From NCBI GenBank assembly GCA_003140935.1, contig PLLJ01000041.1, positions 12,212-76,211 of the forward strand: a DNA stretch of 64,000 bases. Reading direction: 5' to 3'. The stretch is from Candidatus Omnitrophota bacterium. GTDB taxonomy: Bacteria > Omnitrophota > Omnitrophia > Omnitrophales > Aquincolibacteriaceae. The notes beneath the pieces were generated by a model. It saw nothing but the letters and a program-made list of their open reading frames with translations. It made no database searches and was not told where the DNA came from. The translations under genes and the position numbers were made by a program. Every line of letters starts with the position of its first letter. The first letter of the stretch is position 1. Positions 38,429 to 47,663 of the stretch are shown here, piece by piece.

Positions 38429-38812
38429 CTAGGGAACCACGATCACAACGGTCGCAATCGCATATTCACGTTCGTGTGCAACCGACAACTCGATCTGAGC
38501 TTGTACCGGGATATGAAACTCCTTGCGACTCTTTGAGCTCAAGGCGATATACGGTTTCCCGGTCGCTTCGCGCCTGACCTCAATCTCTGAAAGGCGTCTG
38601 TTTTTTTTGGGACGGACCTTCAGAGCCTTCAGAACCGCTTCCTTTGCAGCAAGGCGGGCCGCGTAATGCTCGAATTTCATGCGTTTAGAGCCGCAATAGG
38701 CCTGTTCGGCGGCGGTAAAAACGCGATCCAGAAAGGCCTTCCCTGAAGTCCGATCGATCATTCGTTCCATCCGCTCGACCTTGACCAGATCGATGCCCTG
38801 AAGGATTCTCAA
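38429..38812 (-). CDS. acpS: Holo-ACP synthase
   Basis: GIDLV, FT..E..YC, AAKEA..KAL, GKP, SVAH. Confidence 0.93.
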   Translation of the reverse strand: MRILQGIDLVKVERMERMIDRTSGKAFLDRVFTAAEQAYCGSKRMKFEHYAARLAAKEAVLKALKVRPKKNRRLSEIEVRREATGKPYIALSSKSRKEFHIPVQAQIELSVAHEREYAIATVVIVVP

Positions 38813-38822
38813 AATAGCCGCC

Positions 38823-39131
38823 CTAAGAAGACACCGTGGTGCGCAAAAACCAATACGCCAATGCCGCGATGATCAGAACGGAGATAATGTAAAAATTATT
38901 GAAACGCCAAAAATCCCACAACCGTTGCCAGAAGTAACCGGAAGCCCTGCCTTTTTTTTTCTTGAGCAGAACGTCATACTTAAGGCCAAGAACTTCTTCT
39001 TTCCGGAAGCGGATGTACACGCCGCCGATCTTGTAGGCGTGCAGGACTTCATCCCGAATGAACTGTTCGATCACTTGTTGTTCAACCTCGAGGAAGTTCT
39101 TCACCTCGTCGAGCGTCAGCATGTTATTCAT
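38823..39131 (-). CDS. Excisionase-type (HTH_17) DNA-binding protein with C-terminal TM anchor
   Basis: LTLDEVKNFLEV...LHAYKIGG.YIRF, basic linker, TM segment FYIISVLIIAALAYWFL. Confidence 0.8.
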   Translation of the reverse strand: MNNMLTLDEVKNFLEVEQQVIEQFIRDEVLHAYKIGGVYIRFRKEEVLGLKYDVLLKKKKGRASGYFWQRLWDFWRFNNFYIISVLIIAALAYWFLRTTVSS

Positions 39132-39207
39132 AGTAATATCAGCCGCCTAACTGAAAAGCATGCGCATGGTTTGCCACAGAAAAAACACCCCAAGCAAAAC
39201 AGGGGTT

Positions 39208-39741
39208 TTAGACCGAGGCCTTCTCTCGTTGGATCCACTGATCCACTTCGGCCTTGGTAAAGATCCAGTGACCATTGTCAAAACGCGCCGGGATCTTCTT
39301 AGAATGAGCCCACTCTTCAATAATGCGAGCCTCAACCTCCAAATACTGCGCTACATCCTTCAGCGTCAAAAAAACATCCGATCCGTCTGAAGTGCTCACA
39401 CCTTGCATAGTCACGAGGCCTTGAAGGATCGCACCATCTCCGATGCTCAAACGTGGGGTGGTAAGATTCCCTTTGAGAGTTGCCGTTCCAAGAATGGAAA
39501 GACTTTGAGTTGCGATAACATCCCCGGAAACTTTCCCGGCAATAACGATATTGTCGCCGTGGATATTCGCGCTGACCTTGGCATTCTCACCGATCGTAAG
39601 ATTGCCGCGCGTGTCAAGCTTGCCCTCAAAACTTCCATTGATGCGCAAATTCACGGGATCCTTGAAGGAAATCGTGCCCTGCATGCTCGCGTCAACATCG
39701 AGGATCTTCTCCTGGATATCTTCCTTCTTTTTATTGGCCAT
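39208..39741 (-). CDS. Bactofilin fused to a C-terminal HTH_17 domain
   Basis: Beta-helix repeats (LRINGSFEGKL...LTIGENAKVSANI...GKVSGDV...LSIGDGAILQG), then FLTLKDVAQYLEV...KIPARF...WIF.K.EVDQWI. Confidence 0.85.
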   Translation of the reverse strand: MANKKKEDIQEKILDVDASMQGTISFKDPVNLRINGSFEGKLDTRGNLTIGENAKVSANIHGDNIVIAGKVSGDVIATQSLSILGTATLKGNLTTPRLSIGDGAILQGLVTMQGVSTSDGSDVFLTLKDVAQYLEVEARIIEEWAHSKKIPARFDNGHWIFTKAEVDQWIQREKASV

Positions 39742-39785
39742 GGTCGTTCTCCTTTGGAGACATTGTGGGGTATAGAAGCTAACTT

Positions 39786-39814
39786 ATTATTATCGTTTTA
39801 GGGGGCATTGTCAA
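39786..39814 (-). promoter_or_regulatory. Putative promoter for the bactofilin-HTH operon
   Basis: TTGACA-17-AATAAT on the minus strand. Confidence 0.5.
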
Positions 39815-39868
39815 TGGAAGTGACCGCCATCGTCACCCAATGCAGGGAGATTGCCCGGAAGGACCGTT

Positions 39869-40405
39869 TTAGACCCGATGCAAAGCCAAAGACAATTCGG
39901 CGAGACCCGCGATTTCCTGTGACGTCAGGCGAGTGCTCTGCAAAAAACTCCTCGGGGAAATATGAACGCAGGAGGGCTTCTCTCCATCTTGGGTCAGGCT
40001 GAGGACAGGCATGGAAGAAGGGATCCACTTACATATTCGGGCACCAACTTTTTCCCGATCCGTACCCAAAAGCCCGGCATACTCAAAAAAACTCAGGCGA
40101 TCACTGAAGCCGTTCATCCTGATGATCTGTTGCCGGTCCAATTCTGGATAGAAAAGATAGAGCGTTGCATCGTTAGGCATCAGCACCCAAAGCTTTTTGA
40201 TTTCCTGCTGCAATTCATCCACGGAATAATCCCGCATTGACCGGTAAAAAATACGTGCCCAGACCTGTGCATCCTCGCTCTTAAAAAGAAACGGGGTGCC
40301 ATTCGTATCCTCGAGGATCACTTTGTCTGCGTGAAGTTCCTGGATCGACAGGCGGATCAACTGAAAAATCTCCTGACGGGTCACGCGCTCTTGGATCGCG
40401 ATCAT
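39869..40405 (-). CDS. Hypothetical protein
   Basis: Start overlaps the stop of the upstream gene by 4 bp; no motif recognised. Confidence 0.65.
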   Translation of the reverse strand: MIAIQERVTRQEIFQLIRLSIQELHADKVILEDTNGTPFLFKSEDAQVWARIFYRSMRDYSVDELQQEIKKLWVLMPNDATLYLFYPELDRQQIIRMNGFSDRLSFFEYAGLLGTDREKVGARICKWIPSSMPVLSLTQDGEKPSCVHISPRSFLQSTRLTSQEIAGLAELSLALHRV

Positions 40406-41217
40406 CGCGACACCTCGGCCAGAGCACACACCGGCGTTTTTCTTTCCAAGGATTCAATCCAATCAGCCAACAGGTACTTCTGAAGACTGGGTTTTGCGTT
40501 CCAATGCTGATATTTCAACGGTTCTGTATGAAGGGCCGCAGAAAAATGTCGCGCAGGATCCGCAAGATCTATCCACCCTAACCATCCAAGATCAACATCA
40601 AGATGTGTGGACACAAAACTTGAAAACCGATCGAAGACCACCGCCCCCTTGGCCTCCTCTGCTCTTCCGGACAAGGTGACGTAAAATTCAAGTTGCGGGT
40701 TCAACGCCAGCCCAACCTTCATCATTTTGTAACCTTCCGTTAGAGATTCGGCCGTGGGTTTTAACAAAAGAACCCATTTGTCCAGCAGAGAGATCACCTT
40801 CTCAAAGTGAAGCAGGTGACGATACTCGAAATCCAGGAAAATATCCCGGCTCTGGAGCACTCCTTCAGACCGAGGCAAAGAAGGCCCGCTGACAAGATCA
40901 TGAAGCTCATCCCAATAAAGGCAATACCGCACGAGATGGTCCCCGAACGATTCTGACAGGCCGTCCCCGAAGCCCGAAGGAGCCTTGACCTTGCGCGATA
41001 GAACGCTGAGAAGAGAACAGGCTCGCTCCGGAGATGCGACCTGCGAAGCAAAGAACGTATTCAAGAGAAGCGAATCACCATCACAATCGGGGCTCGAAAC
41101 ACCCAGCGCTTGAACTTCGGGAGAACGACGGACCGGGACGTCTTCGGGAACTGTACCGAAGAGAGGCGAAATGTCTTTTAATCCGCGAACGAGCTTTTTG
41201 GAATCATCCATGATCAA
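40402..41217 (-). CDS. Degenerate MinD/FlhG-like protein lacking a P-loop
   Basis: PTAESLTEGYKMMK, F..F...VSTHLDVDL..LG.I resemble the FlhG C-terminal half; no GKT motif. Confidence 0.6.
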   Translation of the reverse strand: MIMDDSKKLVRGLKDISPLFGTVPEDVPVRRSPEVQALGVSSPDCDGDSLLLNTFFASQVASPERACSLLSVLSRKVKAPSGFGDGLSESFGDHLVRYCLYWDELHDLVSGPSLPRSEGVLQSRDIFLDFEYRHLLHFEKVISLLDKWVLLLKPTAESLTEGYKMMKVGLALNPQLEFYVTLSGRAEEAKGAVVFDRFSSFVSTHLDVDLGWLGWIDLADPARHFSAALHTEPLKYQHWNAKPSLQKYLLADWIESLERKTPVCALAEVSR

Positions 41218-42329
41218 GCAAACTCCATGTAAGAGTCAATGCCTCCATAGGCATTTTCTTTCTGCGCGGGCTGATGGGGATCCACCTGCCACTCTCCATC
41301 CACAATGAACTTGTAGCGAAACGTCTTGAGCTCCACCGAAATGACCTTCTGCCAAAGTCCGTCTTGATCACGGCGAATGAGCGGCTCAGGAACCCAATGA
41401 TTGAAATCCCCGGCGATTTCTACCGAGGACGCTGTCTTACTCAAAAACTGAAAAAGGATCCCATCCGAGATCATACGCGGCCCGAAATGATTTTTAAAAA
41501 TCTGCTCCCATCCGAGTTCTTTTTCCGGAAGCCTCCGGTTCCAATCCCGCTCCAAATATTCGACTGCAAGATTCAAATAATCCTGAAAGGCCGTCGATTG
41601 GGCCGCATACTGAACAATACTCTGTCCCGCAGCCGCCGCTTCCTTCAGACTCACATGTTCATGAATAATCGTCGTGAAAAGCCGGTCCTGAAAATGAGCT
41701 TTCACTTCGTCATAGATCTCATGAGAAAAATTAACCTGGGAATTGAAGAGCGTCAAAAGCGCATGAACGGCAAGAGGCGTTTCCCGGCTCCGATTCACAA
41801 CCTGGAAAGTTTCAGAAATTTTCGCAAGTCCGTGAAGTGAAAAAAATGACGGCTCAACCGGAACCACGACTTCATCAGCCGCATGGAGAGCATTCCAAGT
41901 GAGAATCCCGAGATTCGGGGGGCAATCAAGAACTACAAAGTCATAATGGCGCTGATCTTCATCGATCCGGGTCAGAAGATCCCGAAGTCTGAGATGGTAA
42001 TTAGGCACAAACCCGAATTCTTCCTCAAGGGCATTCAGGCTGGCATTGCAGGGAATGAGATCATAATCCGGCTTCAGGTTCCGGATAACTTGAGAGAAAG
42101 GAGGTGCTATCTGCTGAAGCGGACTTAAAAGATCATAAAGAGTCGACATCCCCTTCTGCGTCTTGACCCCCAACCCGATCGTGGAATGCCCCTGCGGGTC
42201 CAAGTCGATCACGAGAACTTTCTTTTGAAGAAAATTCAGACATGCCGAAAAATTGATGCTGGTTGTGGTCTTTCCACACCCACCTTTTTGATTGGCAATG
42301 GCAATAATTCTCAAAAAGTCGGCCTCCAT
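41214..42329 (-). CDS. ParA/Soj ATPase fused to a CBM48 (AMPK-beta-type glycogen-binding) domain
   Basis: ANQKGGCGKTT, DLDPQG, LDCPP; C-terminal VEIAGDFNHW...YKFIVDGEW..DP...N.YGG.DS. Confidence 0.9.
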   Translation of the reverse strand: MEADFLRIIAIANQKGGCGKTTTSINFSACLNFLQKKVLVIDLDPQGHSTIGLGVKTQKGMSTLYDLLSPLQQIAPPFSQVIRNLKPDYDLIPCNASLNALEEEFGFVPNYHLRLRDLLTRIDEDQRHYDFVVLDCPPNLGILTWNALHAADEVVVPVEPSFFSLHGLAKISETFQVVNRSRETPLAVHALLTLFNSQVNFSHEIYDEVKAHFQDRLFTTIIHEHVSLKEAAAAGQSIVQYAAQSTAFQDYLNLAVEYLERDWNRRLPEKELGWEQIFKNHFGPRMISDGILFQFLSKTASSVEIAGDFNHWVPEPLIRRDQDGLWQKVISVELKTFRYKFIVDGEWQVDPHQPAQKENAYGGIDSYMEFA

Positions 42330-42511
42330 AAGTTAAATTACCTGTTATCAATGTAACGGCTTCACTTAGTAAAGCTTTATAGTAATGAAGTCACACTGGA
42401 AGAGATTAAAATGCTCTGGAAAAAAACGGTGGGTAGAACAAAAAAAAGGAACTGCTTTATTAAAATCTATTGGTATGAAGGGTTTATCGGACGGAGAAAA
42501 TCAGGAACCGT

Positions 42512-43465
42512 TCAGTGCTTCTCGAACATAAGAAGCCTCTCGATCGGGACCACCCCTTTAATGTCCCCGGCTCGATCGGTCACAACGGCATAGGATTGGC
42601 GTTTTTTCTGGAGTGTCAGGAAAGCTTTCTCCAGGGAGGTGTCCTCCGAAATAAAAATGGGAGCTCGGAGAAAATCATGGAGCCCTTGAGCGTTCTCTTC
42701 CTCCCATAGGATATCGAAGACGTAGACCATCCCCATCACAATGGACGGTATTTCCTCGTAAACGAGCATCATTCGGACGTGGGTCTCACGTGCGATTTGT
42801 TTGACATCCTCGATCTTGCTGTGAATATCCACCATCGGCACCTTCCCCACCGGGATCATCACCGAGGAAACCTGAATCCGTTCAAAGTCAAGGATGGTGT
42901 GGATCAGTTTCTCTTCCTGAGGACCCACAATGCCTCTCTGGGTGCTTTCATCGATGAGTGAACGGAATTCCTCCTCATTGACGAAGATATCCCGGACCTC
43001 ACCCTGTTGAAAAGATGGCCAGAAAAAATTCAGCGCCTTGAAGAACAGGATGATGGGCCCATACAGAATCGCCTTGAGGACTTTCAGCCAGAATGTTTGC
43101 CCCAATAAGAAAGAAATCGCGTTCAAACGGCCGTAATCTTTGGGGACCATCTCCGCAAAAATGATCAAGATCGGGGCGATCGCCAGCATCACGGCCCATT
43201 CGCTGTTCCATCCGAAATATTCTTTAAAAATGTAAGTCGCGATCGAGATCGCCATGACATTCGCTGTGTTATTCCCGATCAGGATCGCGGTCAGGAAATA
43301 ATTGGGATGCTGATGAAGCTGCATGATGAATCTGGCTTTTTTATCTCCGGCATCGGCCATTTCGCGAAGCCTCAGTTTGTTCGCCGAAACAAAAGCCATC
43401 TCGGTCCCCGAAAAGAGCGCCGAAGCCACCAGAGACAAGAAAAACAGGGCGAGGAGGCCTATCAT
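42512..43465 (-). CDS. CNNM/CBS (hemolysin/TlyC-family) membrane protein, short form
   Basis: SALFSGTEMAF, ILIGNN, FAEMVPK, CBS pair. Confidence 0.88.
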   Translation of the reverse strand: MIGLLALFFLSLVASALFSGTEMAFVSANKLRLREMADAGDKKARFIMQLHQHPNYFLTAILIGNNTANVMAISIATYIFKEYFGWNSEWAVMLAIAPILIIFAEMVPKDYGRLNAISFLLGQTFWLKVLKAILYGPIILFFKALNFFWPSFQQGEVRDIFVNEEEFRSLIDESTQRGIVGPQEEKLIHTILDFERIQVSSVMIPVGKVPMVDIHSKIEDVKQIARETHVRMMLVYEEIPSIVMGMVYVFDILWEEENAQGLHDFLRAPIFISEDTSLEKAFLTLQKKRQSYAVVTDRAGDIKGVVPIERLLMFEKH

Positions 43466-44697
43466 GACTTCCTCCGGATCATGACCTGGTGGATACGCTG
43501 ACGGATCATATCCTGGATCACAAAATCGAATTGTTCCGTTTTTAAAACCGCACCTTTGGCGGGAACCACTCCCATTTTTTCAAAAAGATAGCCCCCCAGC
43601 GTCGTGGCCTCCTCCGCCATCAGATGCGAGGAGAAAAAATTATTGAACTCCGAAAGACTGATTTTTCCCTCCACTAAATAAAGATCTTCGCCCAAACGCC
43701 TGATAGGATTCTCGACCTTGGCATATTCATCGTAAAACTCTCCGAATATTTCCTCCAGAATATCTTCCTGCGTCACCACCCCGGCCGTCCCGCCGAACTC
43801 ATCCACGCAGATCGCGAAACGTTCATTTTTGCTTCGGAATGTTTCCAGAAGATCATCGATGCGTTTGCTTTCCGGCACAAAAAGCGGCTCCTGCATTACT
43901 TGCTTGACGTCGGGAAGCGGCTCCTGCAAAAGATAGTTCTGCGATTCAACAACTCCCAGAACATGATCGATCGAGCTCTGGAAAACCGGCAAACGCGTGA
44001 AGTGAAATTTCCGGATAAGCTCCTCATGCTTCTTTGAAGACTCCTCGATATCCAAGCCGATCAAATCCGTCCGCGGCGTCATGATGTCTTTGACCGGCCG
44101 TTCCCCCAGCTCCAAAAGCTTTTGGATCATATGACGTTCCTGTCCGCCCAAAATCCCCTCTTCTTCTCCGATCTTCACAAGCACCTTGAGTTCTTTTTCA
44201 GAGATCATGTCCGATTGATCGATCTTTTCATGAACAAGAAAGGACAAAATGTGATCGGTGGCAAAGCGCATCAAGATCCTGAAGGGAGCGAACAACACCG
44301 CGAAGAACTGGAGCGGCAGGGACACTAGCAAGGCCATTCTGATCCGAGACCGGACCGCCAGGATCTTGGGGAGCATCTCACAGAAAACAATAAGGAAAAT
44401 AGTAAAGGCTGTCATGATCATGCCGAGTCGCGCATGCCCAAAAACATTGAGAACAATCAGTGTCACCATGGCTGTCGCCAGTGAACTCACCGCCAAATTG
44501 CCGATCAGGACCGTCCCGAGAGTCTTGCGTGGCGTTTGTAGATTCTCAAAGATTAATTTTGAGAGATGCGGGTACTGTTCCTTAAGCTTGCGTTTATCCA
44601 ACTTGGAAAGTGAGAAAAGAGCCGTTTCGGACGCGGAAAAGAAAAAAGAAAGTATGAAGAGCGCTCCCAAAATAACCCAATCTAAAGTTGTGTTCAT
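43462..44697 (-). CDS. CNNM/CBS/CorC (hemolysin/TlyC-family) membrane protein
   Basis: FFSASETALFSL, IMTPR, VDEFGGTAGVVT.EDILEEIFGE. Confidence 0.92.
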   Translation of the reverse strand: MNTTLDWVILGALFILSFFFSASETALFSLSKLDKRKLKEQYPHLSKLIFENLQTPRKTLGTVLIGNLAVSSLATAMVTLIVLNVFGHARLGMIMTAFTIFLIVFCEMLPKILAVRSRIRMALLVSLPLQFFAVLFAPFRILMRFATDHILSFLVHEKIDQSDMISEKELKVLVKIGEEEGILGGQERHMIQKLLELGERPVKDIMTPRTDLIGLDIEESSKKHEELIRKFHFTRLPVFQSSIDHVLGVVESQNYLLQEPLPDVKQVMQEPLFVPESKRIDDLLETFRSKNERFAICVDEFGGTAGVVTQEDILEEIFGEFYDEYAKVENPIRRLGEDLYLVEGKISLSEFNNFFSSHLMAEEATTLGGYLFEKMGVVPAKGAVLKTEQFDFVIQDMIRQRIHQVMIRRKS

Positions 44698-44700
44698 GTT

Positions 44701-45279
44701 CTAGTTTTTCCGGTAGAGCGCACGCGCGTGAATGAACTGAAGAACCTTCGGAGGCATGTGCTCATCCACATTCCTTCCTTGTTGGATAGCCTCACGGATC
44801 CCGGAGGCAGAGATCGGACATAAAGGCATCTGAATCCGTTCGACACGAGCGCCTTCGAATGCGCAAATTTCACCGGCACCCCGCTTCGCTACAAGGAACT
44901 GGACCTTTTTCTTGAGTTCAGCGACGCGATGCCAGGTATCGATCCCTTCGAACGCGTCTTTCCCAAGGATCAAAAAAAATGTGCCGTTGGGATATTTTTT
45001 TTGAAATTCATCAAGAGTATCACAGGTATAGGAAATGCCCTTTCTCACGAGTTCGCAATCCGAAGCCTCAAGGAAAGGTTCGCCTTGGAGGGCTAGACGG
45101 ACCATTTCGTAGCGATCCGCGGCAGATGCGCGAGAAAGAAATTCCTGTTTATGGGGAGGCTGATAGGCTGGAACAAAAATGACTTTATCGAGCGAGAATT
45201 GAGCCAGGGCATTTTGAGCAAGCTGTAAATGCCCGCGGTGGATAGGATCGAAAGTCCCTCCCAAAATACCGATCTTCAT
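44701..45279 (-). CDS. nadD: Nicotinate-nucleotide adenylyltransferase
   Basis: GGTFDPIHRGH, SYT.DT, ISAS.IR. Confidence 0.95.
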   Translation of the reverse strand: MKIGILGGTFDPIHRGHLQLAQNALAQFSLDKVIFVPAYQPPHKQEFLSRASAADRYEMVRLALQGEPFLEASDCELVRKGISYTCDTLDEFQKKYPNGTFFLILGKDAFEGIDTWHRVAELKKKVQFLVAKRGAGEICAFEGARVERIQMPLCPISASGIREAIQQGRNVDEHMPPKVLQFIHARALYRKN

Positions 45280-45294
45280 GCGGAAAGACCGCTT

Positions 45295-46551
45295 TTAAGA
45301 GCGTATATGGCCATTCCCTTCCACGATGTATTTGTATGACGTGAGCCCCTCCAACCCCATCGGACCTCGGGCATGAATCTTGTCGGTCGAAATACCGATC
45401 TCCGCACCGAACCCATACTCGAATCCGTCGGAAAAACGGGTCGAGGCATTGACCATCACGGACGAAGAATCAACTTTTGTCTGAAAGATTTTGGCCGCAT
45501 TTTTGTCTTGGGTCACGATCGCGTCCGTATGATGGGAACCATAAGTTTCAATATGTCGGATCGCTTCCTCCAGATCCTTGACGACACGTACTGCGAGGAT
45601 CTTTTCCAGGAATTCATGCCCGAAGTCGGCCGCCTTCGCGCGCTTCGCCCAGGGGATCAGGTGGCAGGTCACGCTATCACCACGGACCTCGCACCCTCCT
45701 TTTCTCAGAAGATCGCCGACGATCGGTAAGAATTTCCCGGTGATGCTTTGATGCACCAAAAGAGTCTCCATCGCATTACAAACCCCCGGACGCTGCAGCT
45801 TGGCATTCAGCGTGATCGCAACGGCTTTCTTGAGATCCGCTTTTTTATCGACATAGACATGGCAGATCCCTTGATAGTGTTTGATCACTGGAACACGCGA
45901 CTTTTCCACGACCCGCCGGATCAGTTTTTCCCCGCCGCGCGGGATCACGAGATCAATCCGGCCCTCCTGCGCCAGAAGAAAATCAAGGGCGGCATAATCG
46001 GTTGTTGTCACAAGATTCACGTGGAAAGGTGAAAGACCGTATCGTTTGAGAGACTCTTTGAAGATCGACACGAGCGCACGATTAGAAGCCATCGCCTCAC
46101 GTCCGCCGCGAAGGACCGCCACATTCGAACTTTTAAGACAAAGCGCCGCGCATTCCACAGTCACATTCGGACGGGACTCATAGATCATCAGGATAACACC
46201 AAGCGGAACGGTCACTTTTTGGAGCCTGAGACCGTTTGGTCTCGTCCACCGCGCTTGCACGCGACCGATCGGATCTTTGAGACGAGCCACAGCACGAACG
46301 CCTGCCGCCATGGCCCTGACACGCCCTTCATTGAGCGTCAATCGATCGATCATGGCGGAAGAAAGCCCACACTCTTTGGCCCTCCTAAGATCTTTATGGT
46401 TCTCGGCCACAAGCCATTTCGCCTTTTTTGCGATCCGAGAAGCAATATCAAAAAGTAGCTTTTTCTTAAAAACCGGGGGTTCTTGTCCGGCATGAGATGC
46501 CGCCTGTCGGGCACCCACCAGCACTCCCTCCAATTCGCGTTTCCAATTCAT
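45295..46551 (-). CDS. proA: Glutamate-5-semialdehyde dehydrogenase
   Basis: IYESRPNVT, RPGVCNAMETLL, NASTRFSDG, HARGPMGL. Confidence 0.97.
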   Translation of the reverse strand: MNWKRELEGVLVGARQAASHAGQEPPVFKKKLLFDIASRIAKKAKWLVAENHKDLRRAKECGLSSAMIDRLTLNEGRVRAMAAGVRAVARLKDPIGRVQARWTRPNGLRLQKVTVPLGVILMIYESRPNVTVECAALCLKSSNVAVLRGGREAMASNRALVSIFKESLKRYGLSPFHVNLVTTTDYAALDFLLAQEGRIDLVIPRGGEKLIRRVVEKSRVPVIKHYQGICHVYVDKKADLKKAVAITLNAKLQRPGVCNAMETLLVHQSITGKFLPIVGDLLRKGGCEVRGDSVTCHLIPWAKRAKAADFGHEFLEKILAVRVVKDLEEAIRHIETYGSHHTDAIVTQDKNAAKIFQTKVDSSSVMVNASTRFSDGFEYGFGAEIGISTDKIHARGPMGLEGLTSYKYIVEGNGHIRS

Positions 46552-47663
46552 CGTTCGCTCCAGATCACAAGATCGTTGCGATGGATCACCTCATCACATG
46601 ACTTTCTGCCCAAGATCGCTTGAATTTCACCGGTCCGTTTGCCCGCAATACGGCTAAGATCACGGTTATTGTAGCGCACCACTCCGCGGCCAAAGATCTT
46701 TCCGTCCGGCATCTCGAGTTCCACGACCCGCCCTGCCTCGAAATTCCCCTGGACCTTCACGATTCCTCCGGGCAACAAACTCTTTTTCGCAAGTAACGCC
46801 TGATAAGCCCCGCCGTCGACTACGATACTGCCGCTCCGGACCGCTGAGAATGCGATCCACTTGCATCTCATGTTCTTTTTGACGCCGGAGGTGATAAATA
46901 AAGTCCCGACATCTTTCCCGTCAACGATCTCTTGAAGAACATGCGGCCGGTGGCCATTCACGATCAGGAAAGGGATCCCGAGACGCATTGCCACCTGCGC
47001 AGCTTTAAGCTTTGCACGCATCCCGCCAACGGTCTCTTCCCTTTTTTGATCTGCCAAATGCAACATAAGTTTATTGTCGATCTCATCTTCGGAAGTGACC
47101 TCCCGCACGCGCGTTCCGTCCTTCAGGAGAAACCCTTCCGCATCCGAAAGATTGATCAGGAGGTCCGCGCCCACGAGTTGTGCCACATGGACAGAAAGAA
47201 TGTCGTTGTCCCCAAAAGCGATCTCCTCGACGGCCACGGTATCGTTCTCGTTAACAATCGGAAGAATATTGAGCTTTAAAAGTGTTTCGAGGGTATTGCG
47301 AGCGCAGAGAAACCTCTTGCGATCCTCAAGCCCGTCGCGTGTTAAAAGTAGCTGAGCCGTGTGCACCTTTTTCTTAGCAAAAAAGCTCTCATAGGCATGC
47401 ATGAGCTTCCCCTGCCCGATGGCAGCACAAGCCTGAAGTTCAGCCATGGCTTTCGGTCGCTTTTTAAAGCCGCAACTTTTCATCCCAAGGGCAATCGCAC
47501 CGGAACTCACTAAGACCGGCCGCCGGCCTTTCTTGATGAGGGCATAGATCTCTTGGCAGACACGGGCATGTTCATTATCGGAAAAACTTTCCCCGCGGGT
47601 TTTGAGGATACTCGTGCCGATCTTGATAACGATTTTTTGAGCGTGCTGGAGGCGATCAGACAT
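46548..47663 (-). CDS. proB: Glutamate 5-kinase
   Basis: VIKIGTS, VSSGAI, NENDTV, FGDND, C-terminal PUA domain. Confidence 0.96.
   Translation of the reverse strand: MSDRLQHAQKIVIKIGTSILKTRGESFSDNEHARVCQEIYALIKKGRRPVLVSSGAIALGMKSCGFKKRPKAMAELQACAAIGQGKLMHAYESFFAKKKVHTAQLLLTRDGLEDRKRFLCARNTLETLLKLNILPIVNENDTVAVEEIAFGDNDILSVHVAQLVGADLLINLSDAEGFLLKDGTRVREVTSEDEIDNKLMLHLADQKREETVGGMRAKLKAAQVAMRLGIPFLIVNGHRPHVLQEIVDGKDVGTLFITSGVKKNMRCKWIAFSAVRSGSIVVDGGAYQALLAKKSLLPGGIVKVQGNFEAGRVVELEMPDGKIFGRGVVRYNNRDLSRIAGKRTGEIQAILGRKSCDEVIHRNDLVIWSER

Noticed and set aside
38823-39741. HTH_17 genes as excisionases of the tRNA-Leu island
   Set aside because: They lie outside the att repeats, are fused to bactofilin or TM domains, and sit in a housekeeping run with acpS.
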